From positions 13,719 to 77,718 of the forward strand of contig JANOYY010000013.1 of NCBI GenBank assembly GCA_031429095.1: a stretch of 64,000 nt of DNA. Reading direction: 5' to 3'. Of the stretch, positions 45,577 through 54,150 are shown piece by piece; the first letter of the stretch is position 1; every line of letters starts with the position of its first letter. Below the pieces are notes generated by a model that ran no database searches, was not told the origin of the DNA, and was given only the letters and a program-made list of their open reading frames with translations. The translations under genes and the position numbers were made by a program. The stretch is from Acidimicrobiia bacterium. Its GTDB lineage: Bacteria > Actinomycetota > Acidimicrobiia > Acidimicrobiales > JANYDT01.

Positions 45577-47291
45577 AAGCCCAACACGCGGGGGTGGGTG
45601 GTTCGTGGGCCCGACACGTGAGCTCGCAGACGCGGGTTCGTCGGGCGTCGGATCGCAAGCTTTTCTCCAAGTCCTCTACCCGCGTTGTCATTCCGACGCT
45701 GCTCGTGGCGACCGTTGCCGCGACAGTTCTCGGTGGACCGTCGATGATTTTGATTCCGACCCTGGCGGGGGCGCTGGGATGGGCGGCCTTTTCGTTGTCC
45801 CTCGACACGGTCCTACCGTCGATTGCCTTCCTTCTCCTCGCACTGAACAATCCTTCGGGCCAACCTGCAGAAAACAAGGTCCATTGGTTCTTGAACCCTC
45901 TCGGAACGTTTCTGTACAAAAACCTTCCCCCCAAATTCGCTTTGGCCGACGTCTTGATCGGATTGCTGGTTTTTCGCGCGGCGACGGTGCTCGTCCTTTC
46001 CGACCGCGAGGTGGGTCTCAATCGTCGACCGCCTCGGCCATTTGCGCAGGCGTGCCTGTTTGGTGTTCTGGCCATCATCGGGTTGGAATTCTGGGGAGTC
46101 TTCGTCAACGGAGGCAACTTCCAGCAGTCTCTGTGGCAACTGCGGGTGCCGCTGCTGGTTCCTGCCTTCGCCCTGGCCGTCGCAGTAGCCGCAACCGATC
46201 TCGGTATTCGTCGTCTGCGCTTTGCGCTCTTCGCTGCCGGTTTCGTCAAGGTCGCCGAAGCAATCTGGGTCACCTACGGCACCGGGTTGAAAGCGAATAC
46301 CAGCGGCGCCTACGTAACAACGCATTCCGACTCGGTGATTTGGGTGACCTGTCTGTTCATCCTCATCGCCACCTGGCTCGAAACACGCAAACGGTCCGAT
46401 TTTCGACTCATGCTCGTGGCGTCCCCGTTCTTCCTTCTCGCAATTGAGTTGAATAACCGCCGGGTGGCCTGGGTAGCGCTCCTCGCCGGAACCCTTTTTC
46501 TCCTGACCGTGGCGCATCGTCCCGTGAAGCGCCAACTCGGCCGGTACCTGTCGCTGACCTGGCCGCTCCTCGTTGTGTACATCGTTGTTGGATTCGCATC
46601 CCAGTCGGCGTCGTCGATCTTTTTGCCAATCAACAAGATCGCCAGCGTCTCGACCAAGAAGGACGTTTCGACAGACACGCGAGACATCGAGAATTTCAAC
46701 CTACTGGTCACATTGAAGGAAAAGCCCGTGCTCGGGTACGGATTCGGTCACCAGTACAACGAGTTCGTGGTTGCGTACCAGATCAAGGACGCGTTTTCGC
46801 AGTACCGGTACCTGCCCCACAACAGCTTCCTGGGCTTTTGGGCGTTCAACGGACTGATCGGCCCATCGATCTATTTCCTCCTGCCGGTCGTTTCGGTGTT
46901 CTACGCAGTGAGCACTCGGCGACGCAGCATCAATCCCCAGCACCGTGCGGCCGGCGCATGGTCGGTGTGCATCGTTATTGCCTATCTCATCCAGTCATGG
47001 GCTGATCTCGGCATGCAGGACTGGGCAGCAATGATTTGTGTCGGGATCGCCTACGGGGCTTCGGGCTCATTAGGCCGCTCCCTGATCGCCGAAGGCCGCC
47101 CCTCCCGGGTTCGCGGCCATCGCTTCGAATACGTCGACGAGGATCAGGTTCCCCCTGCGCTTCGCCAGCCCGAAGCGGCTGCCTCCGGTCGCCTGCCGAG
47201 CCCCCGTGCACGCCAATCGGTGGCCGCAGCCATCGTTCGGGAGTCGGAACCGCCCTCGGCGGGCCGCCACGTCGCATCTGCCCAGCGATAA
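45573..47291 (+). CDS. O-antigen ligase/Wzy-like polytopic membrane protein (probable EPS polymerase)
   Basis: At least 10 hydrophobic segments and a LPHNSFLGFWAFNGLIG motif typical of the Wzy_C/O-antigen ligase family. Arg/Pro-rich C-terminal tail. Confidence 0.7.
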   Translation: MKAQHAGVGGSWARHVSSQTRVRRASDRKLFSKSSTRVVIPTLLVATVAATVLGGPSMILIPTLAGALGWAAFSLSLDTVLPSIAFLLLALNNPSGQPAENKVHWFLNPLGTFLYKNLPPKFALADVLIGLLVFRAATVLVLSDREVGLNRRPPRPFAQACLFGVLAIIGLEFWGVFVNGGNFQQSLWQLRVPLLVPAFALAVAVAATDLGIRRLRFALFAAGFVKVAEAIWVTYGTGLKANTSGAYVTTHSDSVIWVTCLFILIATWLETRKRSDFRLMLVASPFFLLAIELNNRRVAWVALLAGTLFLLTVAHRPVKRQLGRYLSLTWPLLVVYIVVGFASQSASSIFLPINKIASVSTKKDVSTDTRDIENFNLLVTLKEKPVLGYGFGHQYNEFVVAYQIKDAFSQYRYLPHNSFLGFWAFNGLIGPSIYFLLPVVSVFYAVSTRRRSINPQHRAAGAWSVCIVIAYLIQSWADLGMQDWAAMICVGIAYGASGSLGRSLIAEGRPSRVRGHRFEYVDEDQVPPALRQPEAAASGRLPSPRARQSVAAAIVRESEPPSAGRHVASAQR

Positions 47292-47405
47292 GACGTCACG
47301 AGGGCGAGTAGCGCCCTGCAAAACCCCATTGCGGATGCGAGCTTGGGGCAAGCGTTGCGGCTCGGCTAAACTAGTTGCGGGCCGGGGGGCCAGGAAGCAG
47401 AGCGA

Positions 47406-48086
47406 GTGAGCCAAATGGACGTCGAAACCAAAGATTGCACGGCCCTATCGGATGCTGAACTCACCGAGATGGGGGACATTTCCGTACCGTCCTCCGCAGG
47501 ATTCGATATTGGTCTGCTCTCCAAGCAACGCGACCTCTGGGTGCTCGTCACGCAGGTACGCGAGGCCGGCAAGCTCCAAGCGTTCGGGTTCTGCAGTCTC
47601 GAGCGGATCGGTGGGACCCCATCGCTTCTGGTTGGGCTGGCATCGGTGCGTCGGGGGTCAAAACGCGATACAGCCTTGCGCGTCATGATGTTCGACCAGC
47701 TTCGTCGATCGCTGCTTGCTTTCCCCGACGAAGACGTATTGATCGGGACACGAATGATCGACCCTGCGGGTTTTGCCGCGTTCAAGGGTCTCGAAGACAT
47801 CGTTCCTCGGCCGGGACACAAACCGAGCGGTGAAGAACGAGCGTGGAGCCGTCGACTCGCCAAGCGCTTTGGCGCCGAACACCGAGTCGACGACCGAGCC
47901 TTTGTCATTCGAGGTGACGGTTCACCGGGTGGGTGCCTCGATTTCGAAGCGACAAAGCCTGATTCGATCGCTCACGACATCCGAGAGTTCTTCTCCACCC
48001 TCGACCGGCCGAACGGCGATGTTCTGGTCACCTTCGGGTGGGCGATGGCGGAGCATCTCGCCGCCCGTGTGGCCAGCGGGAAATAG
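47406..48086 (+). CDS. Hypothetical protein, possibly GNAT-fold
   Basis: 226-aa ORF with coding-like codon bias. There is only weak GNAT-like resemblance (VRRGSKRDTALRVM, RRLAKRFG). No firm motif. Confidence 0.4.
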   Translation: MSQMDVETKDCTALSDAELTEMGDISVPSSAGFDIGLLSKQRDLWVLVTQVREAGKLQAFGFCSLERIGGTPSLLVGLASVRRGSKRDTALRVMMFDQLRRSLLAFPDEDVLIGTRMIDPAGFAAFKGLEDIVPRPGHKPSGEERAWSRRLAKRFGAEHRVDDRAFVIRGDGSPGGCLDFEATKPDSIAHDIREFFSTLDRPNGDVLVTFGWAMAEHLAARVASGK

Positions 48087-48101
48087 TCGACGCTCGAACG
48101 T

Positions 48102-48761
48102 CTACGGCAAGAGCCCGGCGATAACTTTGGAGCAGTAGCCGTTGTGGGGGCGGCCGATCGCAACCACAAGGCGCGTCGGGCGAAAGCCGAGCATCTCGGC
48201 CAGCGGGAGTGCTCCGGTCTGGCGCGGCGATACCCAGTCGAGCCGTTCGAGGACTCGTAAGTCTTCGAGTGGGAGATCCTGCACGTTTGAGTTCCAGACA
48301 AATCGAGCTCGTAATCCGTGCGCCGTAAGGTTGGCCCGGACGCTTCGATCGACCTCCACGATGGCGACGGAAGGTCCGCTCGTGTCGCGATCCCACCACG
48401 GGATCGACGGCCCGTGGAAACCGAGGAGAGGCCGATGTTTGGGATGAAGGAGCGGTCGTGTCAGCCGATAGGCCCGTTTGGGTGCGATGGACCCGACTGG
48501 GATGAGAGCGCGGTCGAACGTGGCAAGTTCGGGGTGCTCCGGCCGTTCGTACTCCGGTGGAGCTGTCGTGCCACGGACCACGGTGAAAGGTTTGAGCAGC
48601 GGTCGTGACACGGATTCGACCGTTCGAATGAACGCACCGGAGTCGAGGTCGACTCCGATACAACTTCTGCGTCCGGATGCGACGACCATCAATTCAAGAA
48701 CGGAGCCAGGAGTTGTAGTCCTGCAGCGAACGAGTGTGTCCCCCATGACCCAATAATGCAT
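48102..48761 (-). CDS. Hypothetical protein
   Basis: 219-aa ORF convergent with 47406..48086. No recognisable motif. Confidence 0.4.
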   Translation of the reverse strand: MHYWVMGDTLVRCRTTTPGSVLELMVVASGRRSCIGVDLDSGAFIRTVESVSRPLLKPFTVVRGTTAPPEYERPEHPELATFDRALIPVGSIAPKRAYRLTRPLLHPKHRPLLGFHGPSIPWWDRDTSGPSVAIVEVDRSVRANLTAHGLRARFVWNSNVQDLPLEDLRVLERLDWVSPRQTGALPLAEMLGFRPTRLVVAIGRPHNGYCSKVIAGLLP

Positions 48762-48890
48762 GTTGGGCGGGCAAAGCTGGTGGATGCTAAGCGCGCATCG
48801 TAGGGACCCTACTTACACTTGTCTGTGAACGGACATCCGATGCGCTTACAACGATCGCTCCGAAATACCGGTGGTCGATCAGTGAGCTCG

Positions 48891-50687
48891 CTAGCCCTTC
48901 GGCGGAGACAGAGGCCCCGGCTTGGGAGCCGCCTTGCTCGTGGCCCGCTTCCCGACCTCAATGACGGTCTGCAGCAGAATCATCACATCGAGGCGAATCG
49001 ACCAGTTCTCTACGTAGAAGAGATCACAGCGTTCGTAGTCGGCGAAGCTCGGATCGTCGCGCGACTCAACCTGCCAGAGTCCCGTGATCCCCGGTTTCAC
49101 GCGGTGGCGGGTGAGGAGACGGTCATTGAACGTTGCGACCTCCCGGGCCAACGCGGGTCGCGGGCCGACAAGACTCATTTCGCCTCGGAGAACATTCCAG
49201 AGCTGAGGAAGTTCGTTGATGCTTGCGGCGTCCATCAGCTTGCCAACCTTGGTGAACCGAGGGTCGTTCTCCATCTTGAACAGCGGACCGTTGCGCTCAT
49301 TGAGTTTCTTCAGCTCGGCGAGCCGGGCTTCGGCATCGACGACCATTGTCCGAAGCTTCAACATGGTGAAGGTCTTTCCGTCGCGACCGACACGCTGTTG
49401 ACGGAACAGGGCGGGTCCTCCGTCGTTCATCTTTACGGCGATCGCAAATGCCGCGATGATCGGTGCCGTAACCACGAGCGCACAGGATGCCAAAACGAGA
49501 TCGAGAACACGTTTTACTCGGGCCTGCCATCCGGAAAGCTGTACCTGCTCGAGGTAGAACGCAGCTTCTCGACCAATCGGGTTGGCTCGAAGCCGACTCG
49601 AGTCGACGCCGAGGAGACCACCGGAGACCTGCACGTGGATATCGGCATCGAGAAGCGAACGAACCACGTGGTTGAGCTCGCGAAACGACAGCGACGACGC
49701 CCCGATGATGACACCGCTGACGCCGTTGTCGCGGGCGATCGTCGCCGCGTCGGCGGCTGCGCCCAGGTACGGCACGCTGAAGTGATGATCGGCGACCTCG
49801 TGCGCCCGACCTACGATGCCAACGACGCGGTACCCGAGTTCGGGCTCGTCGGCGAGCATCTTGTGAAGTTCATAACCTTCGTCACCCGTTCCGACCAGAA
49901 GAACTGCTCTCGTGAACCGGCCGTCTCGTCTCGCCCGACGAAGGAGAGCGCGGTACGCCATACGTCCCACGAAAATGAAGAGAACGGAGAGCGCCTGCGC
50001 CCAAAGAACGCGGGCGAGGGACAGGTTGGTTGCTCCAAGTCGTTCGGCGATGAGCCAGCCACCAACCGCACTCATTGCGCCCGCGCGGACGATGCCTGCC
50101 GTCTCGACCGCCCGTACCGAACACATTCGAGCGCGATACAGCCGTCCGGAGACAAGCAACGCCATTGTGAGGCCGAGCATCACCGGGACAAATCCGAAGC
50201 GTTGCATCGACAGCAGTCGTCCCTCCGCGGCCGACGTCGTCGTCGAGGTGGTGATAGCCCAGGCGATCGTCACACCGAGCACGTCCCCCGCCACCAAGGC
50301 TGCGCGAAGGCGCCGGCTACCCGCCCGAGGAGCTTCGCGCGTCTCGGCAATGAGGTTGACCGGGTTCAGTCCGGAGAGCTCGTCGATCGAGTCAACCCTT
50401 TCGGTGTCGACGTGTTCATTCGCGTCGACGAATACCGGTCGGGCATCGCGAAACCGGCGGTCGACAAGGGAATCGATGTCGTCGAGTTCTTCGAGATCCT
50501 GTCGATTCACTGCACCTCCTACTCGATGCCTTTCAAAAGGGCTGACTTCGAGTTCTTGCCAAAGAGCAAAAGTTCCCGAGTCAACACGCTTGCTTGCTGC
50601 GATTTCTGACTTCGGCGCATAGGGCGCACGTCTTGAGGTCAAAACCGCTGAACCGCACAATGACCACCCGGATGCTAGTTGTTGCAC
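48891..50687 (-). CDS. Polyprenyl-phosphate hexose-1-phosphate transferase (WbaP/CpsE-type priming glycosyltransferase)
   Basis: C-terminal bacterial sugar transferase domain KRVLDLVLASCALVVTAPI...FRQQRVGRDGKTFTMLKLRTM...PLFKMENDPRFTKVG...ELPQLWNVLRGEMSLVGPRP, with upstream TM segments. The N-terminal start is uncertain. Confidence 0.9.
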   Translation of the reverse strand: MQQLASGWSLCGSAVLTSRRAPYAPKSEIAASKRVDSGTFALWQELEVSPFERHRVGGAVNRQDLEELDDIDSLVDRRFRDARPVFVDANEHVDTERVDSIDELSGLNPVNLIAETREAPRAGSRRLRAALVAGDVLGVTIAWAITTSTTTSAAEGRLLSMQRFGFVPVMLGLTMALLVSGRLYRARMCSVRAVETAGIVRAGAMSAVGGWLIAERLGATNLSLARVLWAQALSVLFIFVGRMAYRALLRRARRDGRFTRAVLLVGTGDEGYELHKMLADEPELGYRVVGIVGRAHEVADHHFSVPYLGAAADAATIARDNGVSGVIIGASSLSFRELNHVVRSLLDADIHVQVSGGLLGVDSSRLRANPIGREAAFYLEQVQLSGWQARVKRVLDLVLASCALVVTAPIIAAFAIAVKMNDGGPALFRQQRVGRDGKTFTMLKLRTMVVDAEARLAELKKLNERNGPLFKMENDPRFTKVGKLMDAASINELPQLWNVLRGEMSLVGPRPALAREVATFNDRLLTRHRVKPGITGLWQVESRDDPSFADYERCDLFYVENWSIRLDVMILLQTVIEVGKRATSKAAPKPGPLSPPKG

Positions 50688-50958
50688 CTTGACGACACCA
50701 CCGGAGGTGGCCGATTCGGATTCATTCTGCGTATAGGGAATATGACCGTCACCGTTCAGTTCTTACGGGGACAGACCGAAAAGAAAACCGGGTGACAGGC
50801 CGATACATTGGTATTCGGTTGATGCTGAATCCCTTCTGTGACTGCACCGCACTCGACAATGACGCCTGATACCCCCATGGAACCTTTCAACAACTCGCTT
50901 TCCCGACCCTACGGAACCCGGCCATGAATCTCGGGCTGTCGATTGCTGGGCGGTAACC

Positions 50959-51627
50959 ATGACCACATTGGGCGCCGGTCTGAAATCGGTCCACGCAAAA
51001 CTTCGCCGCGACGGTGGTCTGTCGAGATCGACCATTCGAAAGGCGAGGGACTACGCACTTGGACTCGCCAAGGCTCGGTTTTGCCTGCGCAATATTGGTG
51101 GCAGGGGTCGCGGCTGCCGCGTCAACGGACAGGTCGTGGTCCGCAACGACGGGCAGATGGAACTCGGCCGAGAGAGCGTCCTGCGTGGAATTCCGACCGC
51201 AGTCGAGTTGGCCACGGGTCCAGAAGGTTCTTTGGAGATCGGCACCGGCGCGATCATCAACAGCGGCGCAAGTATTTGCGCTTACGGTCGCATCGTGATT
51301 GGAAATCGGGTCCTCATCGGACCGCACGTCATGATCAACGACACGTCGTTCCATGACCTTTATGACCGGTCGGTTGTGCCCGAACCGTTCGACGTCGTGA
51401 TTGAGGATGACGTTTGGATTGGGGCAAAAGTCTCGATTCTTCCCGGGGTGAGAGTCGGACGTGGCGCAGTGATCTCCGCCCATGCCCTCGTCAATAGGGA
51501 TGTCGATCCCTTCACGATCGTAAGCGGTGTGCCCGCGGTGCAGATTGCAAAACTCAATCCGAAGAAGTTTGTGGTGCGAAACCCCCGAACGGGGCAGCCC
51601 GACCCCGAGTTGGGAGCAAACAGGTGA
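50959..51627 (+). CDS. Left-handed beta-helix (hexapeptide) acyl/acetyltransferase
   Basis: Hexapeptide repeats IGTGAIINSGASI, IGNRVLIGPHVMI, VWIGAKVSILPGVRVGRGAVI. Confidence 0.85.
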   Translation: MTTLGAGLKSVHAKLRRDGGLSRSTIRKARDYALGLAKARFCLRNIGGRGRGCRVNGQVVVRNDGQMELGRESVLRGIPTAVELATGPEGSLEIGTGAIINSGASICAYGRIVIGNRVLIGPHVMINDTSFHDLYDRSVVPEPFDVVIEDDVWIGAKVSILPGVRVGRGAVISAHALVNRDVDPFTIVSGVPAVQIAKLNPKKFVVRNPRTGQPDPELGANR

Positions 51628-52676
51628 GCGGTGCCAAGCTCAGCGCTGAACAGGTCGTGCGGATCGGTCCAGCAGCCGCCGTCCCTGTCGCCGTGACCGT
51701 CGTCATCGCGACCTTTAACCGTACCGAGGGTCTTCGTGGGGTGCTCGCCGATCTTGAGACGCAAAAGGCCTCGATGCCTTTCGAAGTGGTTGTGGTCGAC
51801 GATGGCGGAGGTGAGCCCGTTCTGGGCTGGATTGGCGATTCGTACACATTTCCGCTGTTGTGTGTGCGCCGGGTGAACGGTGGACCCGGACAGGCTCGGC
51901 ACAGCGGCATTCAGCGAGCGAGCGGTGAGATCATCGTGATAGTCGACGATGACATGCACCTTCCGGAGGGGTTTCTCGATGCGCATTTCTCATTGTACGA
52001 GCAAGGTGCGGACGTTGTCCTCGGCCACATCAAATCCCCCGACGACCCCTCGCTTCCCCTGTTTGAGCGATTTCATACCCAGGCGCTGGAGCGCGTCGTG
52101 CAGGAGTACGAGCGCGGCGAGTCCAAGCCCGAAGGGATCCGTCTTTGTACGGGCAATGTGTCCTTTCGTAAGTCCGCGTACGAAGCGGTCGGGGGTTTCG
52201 ACCTGTCACTCAAGCGCTGCGAGGACCGGGACCTCGGTCTGCGTTTTGAAGTGAGCGGCTACCGCTTCGCGTTCGCGCCCGAGGCGTGGTCAACGCACCA
52301 AAGCGACCACGAGGACGTATCGGTATGGCGAAAACGCAGCCGCCTCTTCGGCGAACTTGACACCAAAATCTCGCGAAAGCATCCATCGCATCGTGCAGCG
52401 AGCCCCTGGTCGTTTTTCCCGAAGCTGCCACGCGTCGTGCGTCCCGCGTTGCTTGCGGCGGCGTGCGCGCCTCGATTTGGTTCGGCAGTCGGATCATCGA
52501 GCTATCGGCTCGGAGTCCGCATCGAGCAGGCCGGCCGAGGAAAGCTGGCGATGACCTTCGCTTCGCTCTGTTATGCAATGGAGTACTTCGCCGGAGTCGG
52601 CACCGCATTTGAGTCTCCGAGATTGCGTCGCGTTGTTGCGTCATGGCGAAACTTCTCGAATTCGGTGACGCAATGA
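51624..52676 (+). CDS. Glycosyltransferase family 2
   Basis: VTVVIATFNRTEGL, VVVVDDGG and IVDDDMHLPEGF (DxD) motifs. GTGA overlap with the upstream stop. Confidence 0.88.
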   Translation: MSGAKLSAEQVVRIGPAAAVPVAVTVVIATFNRTEGLRGVLADLETQKASMPFEVVVVDDGGGEPVLGWIGDSYTFPLLCVRRVNGGPGQARHSGIQRASGEIIVIVDDDMHLPEGFLDAHFSLYEQGADVVLGHIKSPDDPSLPLFERFHTQALERVVQEYERGESKPEGIRLCTGNVSFRKSAYEAVGGFDLSLKRCEDRDLGLRFEVSGYRFAFAPEAWSTHQSDHEDVSVWRKRSRLFGELDTKISRKHPSHRAASPWSFFPKLPRVVRPALLAAACAPRFGSAVGSSSYRLGVRIEQAGRGKLAMTFASLCYAMEYFAGVGTAFESPRLRRVVASWRNFSNSVTQ

Positions 52677-53275
52677 GCGCGTGGCGGATTCTCCTCGATG
52701 CCGTACAAGCCGACCACGCAGCAATGCGCTCAGGACGCGACAAGTATCGGACCGAAGGTTCATCGATGCGTTCGGCCGGGTTGCTCGGCGACGGAATTCA
52801 GAAAATCGGCTTTCAGATGATGGTGGCGTATCGCATCATGCGTTGCGCTGGCGATCTCGGGATTCCGTTTCTCCCGCAGGTGGTGTCTCGACTCATACGC
52901 CACCTGTACGGTGCCGAGATCCATTGGAACGCAACAATCCATCCAGGCGTTTCGATCGTGCACGGTTCTGGCCTTGTCTTGAGCCACGGTTGCGTGGTCG
53001 GGTCGGGCTGCATCCTGTTTCAAGGAGTAACTCTTGGCGAATCGATTGACTCGTTCAGTAGAACGGTCGGCGCGCCGACACTTGAAGCCAACGTTCACGT
53101 AGGCCCCGGTGCGGTATTGCTCGGTCCGATCGTGGTGGGCGAGGGAAGCAAAATCATGGCCAACGTGGTCCTCGATCGTTCGGTGCCACCAGGATCGGTG
53201 GTTCGACTCAGTGCGGCTCTGGTCGAACCACGAAAAAGCGTTCGAGTCGACACAAATCAGCAAGAGGAACAATGA
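52673..53275 (+). CDS. Serine-acetyltransferase-like hexapeptide O-acetyltransferase (CysE/EpsC-like)
   Basis: RLIRHLYGAEIHWNATIHPGVSIVHGSGLVLSHGCVVGSGCILFQGVTLG. Start set at the ATG at 52673, which overlaps (ATGA) the GT2 stop. The track ORF starts at 52643. Confidence 0.8.
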   Translation: MSAWRILLDAVQADHAAMRSGRDKYRTEGSSMRSAGLLGDGIQKIGFQMMVAYRIMRCAGDLGIPFLPQVVSRLIRHLYGAEIHWNATIHPGVSIVHGSGLVLSHGCVVGSGCILFQGVTLGESIDSFSRTVGAPTLEANVHVGPGAVLLGPIVVGEGSKIMANVVLDRSVPPGSVVRLSAALVEPRKSVRVDTNQQEEQ

Positions 53276-54150
53276 AGGCGAACGAACTCGAAACTGAGGC
53301 GCCCAAACCAACCCACGTGACCTCCGACGAGCGCGGCTCCGGCCGAGCGTCGGCGACGACCACGAGGCAGGCGTCGTTTCAGCGCGTCCAGTTCGGTCGA
53401 ATTTTCGCCCATGCGGTCCGTCAGGACGAGGCGATTACGCGAATATTCGAGCAGGTGGAGAGCGGTCAGGGCGGATTTGTCGTCACCCCGAATGTCGATC
53501 ACATCTGCTTGGCCGAAACCGATCCCGAACTTCGGGCCGCATATCGCGACGCGTTCCTCAGCTTGCCCGACGGTCAACCGCTTCTTTGGATGGCGCGAGC
53601 GATGGGCGAACCGCTGCCGGAGAAAGTCTCCGGATCGGACTTGATTACGCCGTTACTCCTCGAAGCGATGAAGCGCTCGAAGACTGTCTACTTCCTTGGA
53701 TCCACCGAATCGGCGTGTGTCGAAGCAGCCCGTCGGCTCAGCATCTCGATGCCGGACCTTCGCATCGTTGGTTGGGACAGCCCTGCTTTCGAACCGTATA
53801 GCGACGATCTCGACGGACTATTCCGAGGTTTTCAGCGAATCCGAAAAGCCAAGCCGGACCTGATCTTGTTCGCCTTCGGAAATCCGAAACAGGAATACGC
53901 GATGTGGCGTTACCGCGAGCTGTATTACCCGGCCGTTGGTCTAGGGGTCGGCGCCTCGATCGATTTTCTGGCCGGAAAGGTCGAACGTGCCCCCGAGTGG
54001 ATGAGCCGCGCCGGGTTTGAATGGCTCTTTCGACTCGCGCAGGAGCCGGGCCGACTTTGGCGGCGATACTTGGTCCGTGACCGAGCGATCCTTGGAATCT
54101 TCTTGCGGACCCGACGTCAGGTCCGATCGCGCCGTGTCGACAACACCTGA
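53272..54150 (+). CDS. WecB/TagA/CpsF-family glycosyltransferase (GT26)
   Basis: FVVTPNVDHICLAE, LPDGQPLLW, GNPKQE and FEWLFRLAQEPGRLWRRY motifs. Confidence 0.88.
   Translation: MKANELETEAPKPTHVTSDERGSGRASATTTRQASFQRVQFGRIFAHAVRQDEAITRIFEQVESGQGGFVVTPNVDHICLAETDPELRAAYRDAFLSLPDGQPLLWMARAMGEPLPEKVSGSDLITPLLLEAMKRSKTVYFLGSTESACVEAARRLSISMPDLRIVGWDSPAFEPYSDDLDGLFRGFQRIRKAKPDLILFAFGNPKQEYAMWRYRELYYPAVGLGVGASIDFLAGKVERAPEWMSRAGFEWLFRLAQEPGRLWRRYLVRDRAILGIFLRTRRQVRSRRVDNT

Noticed and set aside
48819-50609. 596-aa plus-strand ORF
   Set aside because: It is the antisense shadow of the WbaP-type sugar transferase (48891..50687), which has unambiguous family motifs. The translation is Arg-rich and low-complexity.
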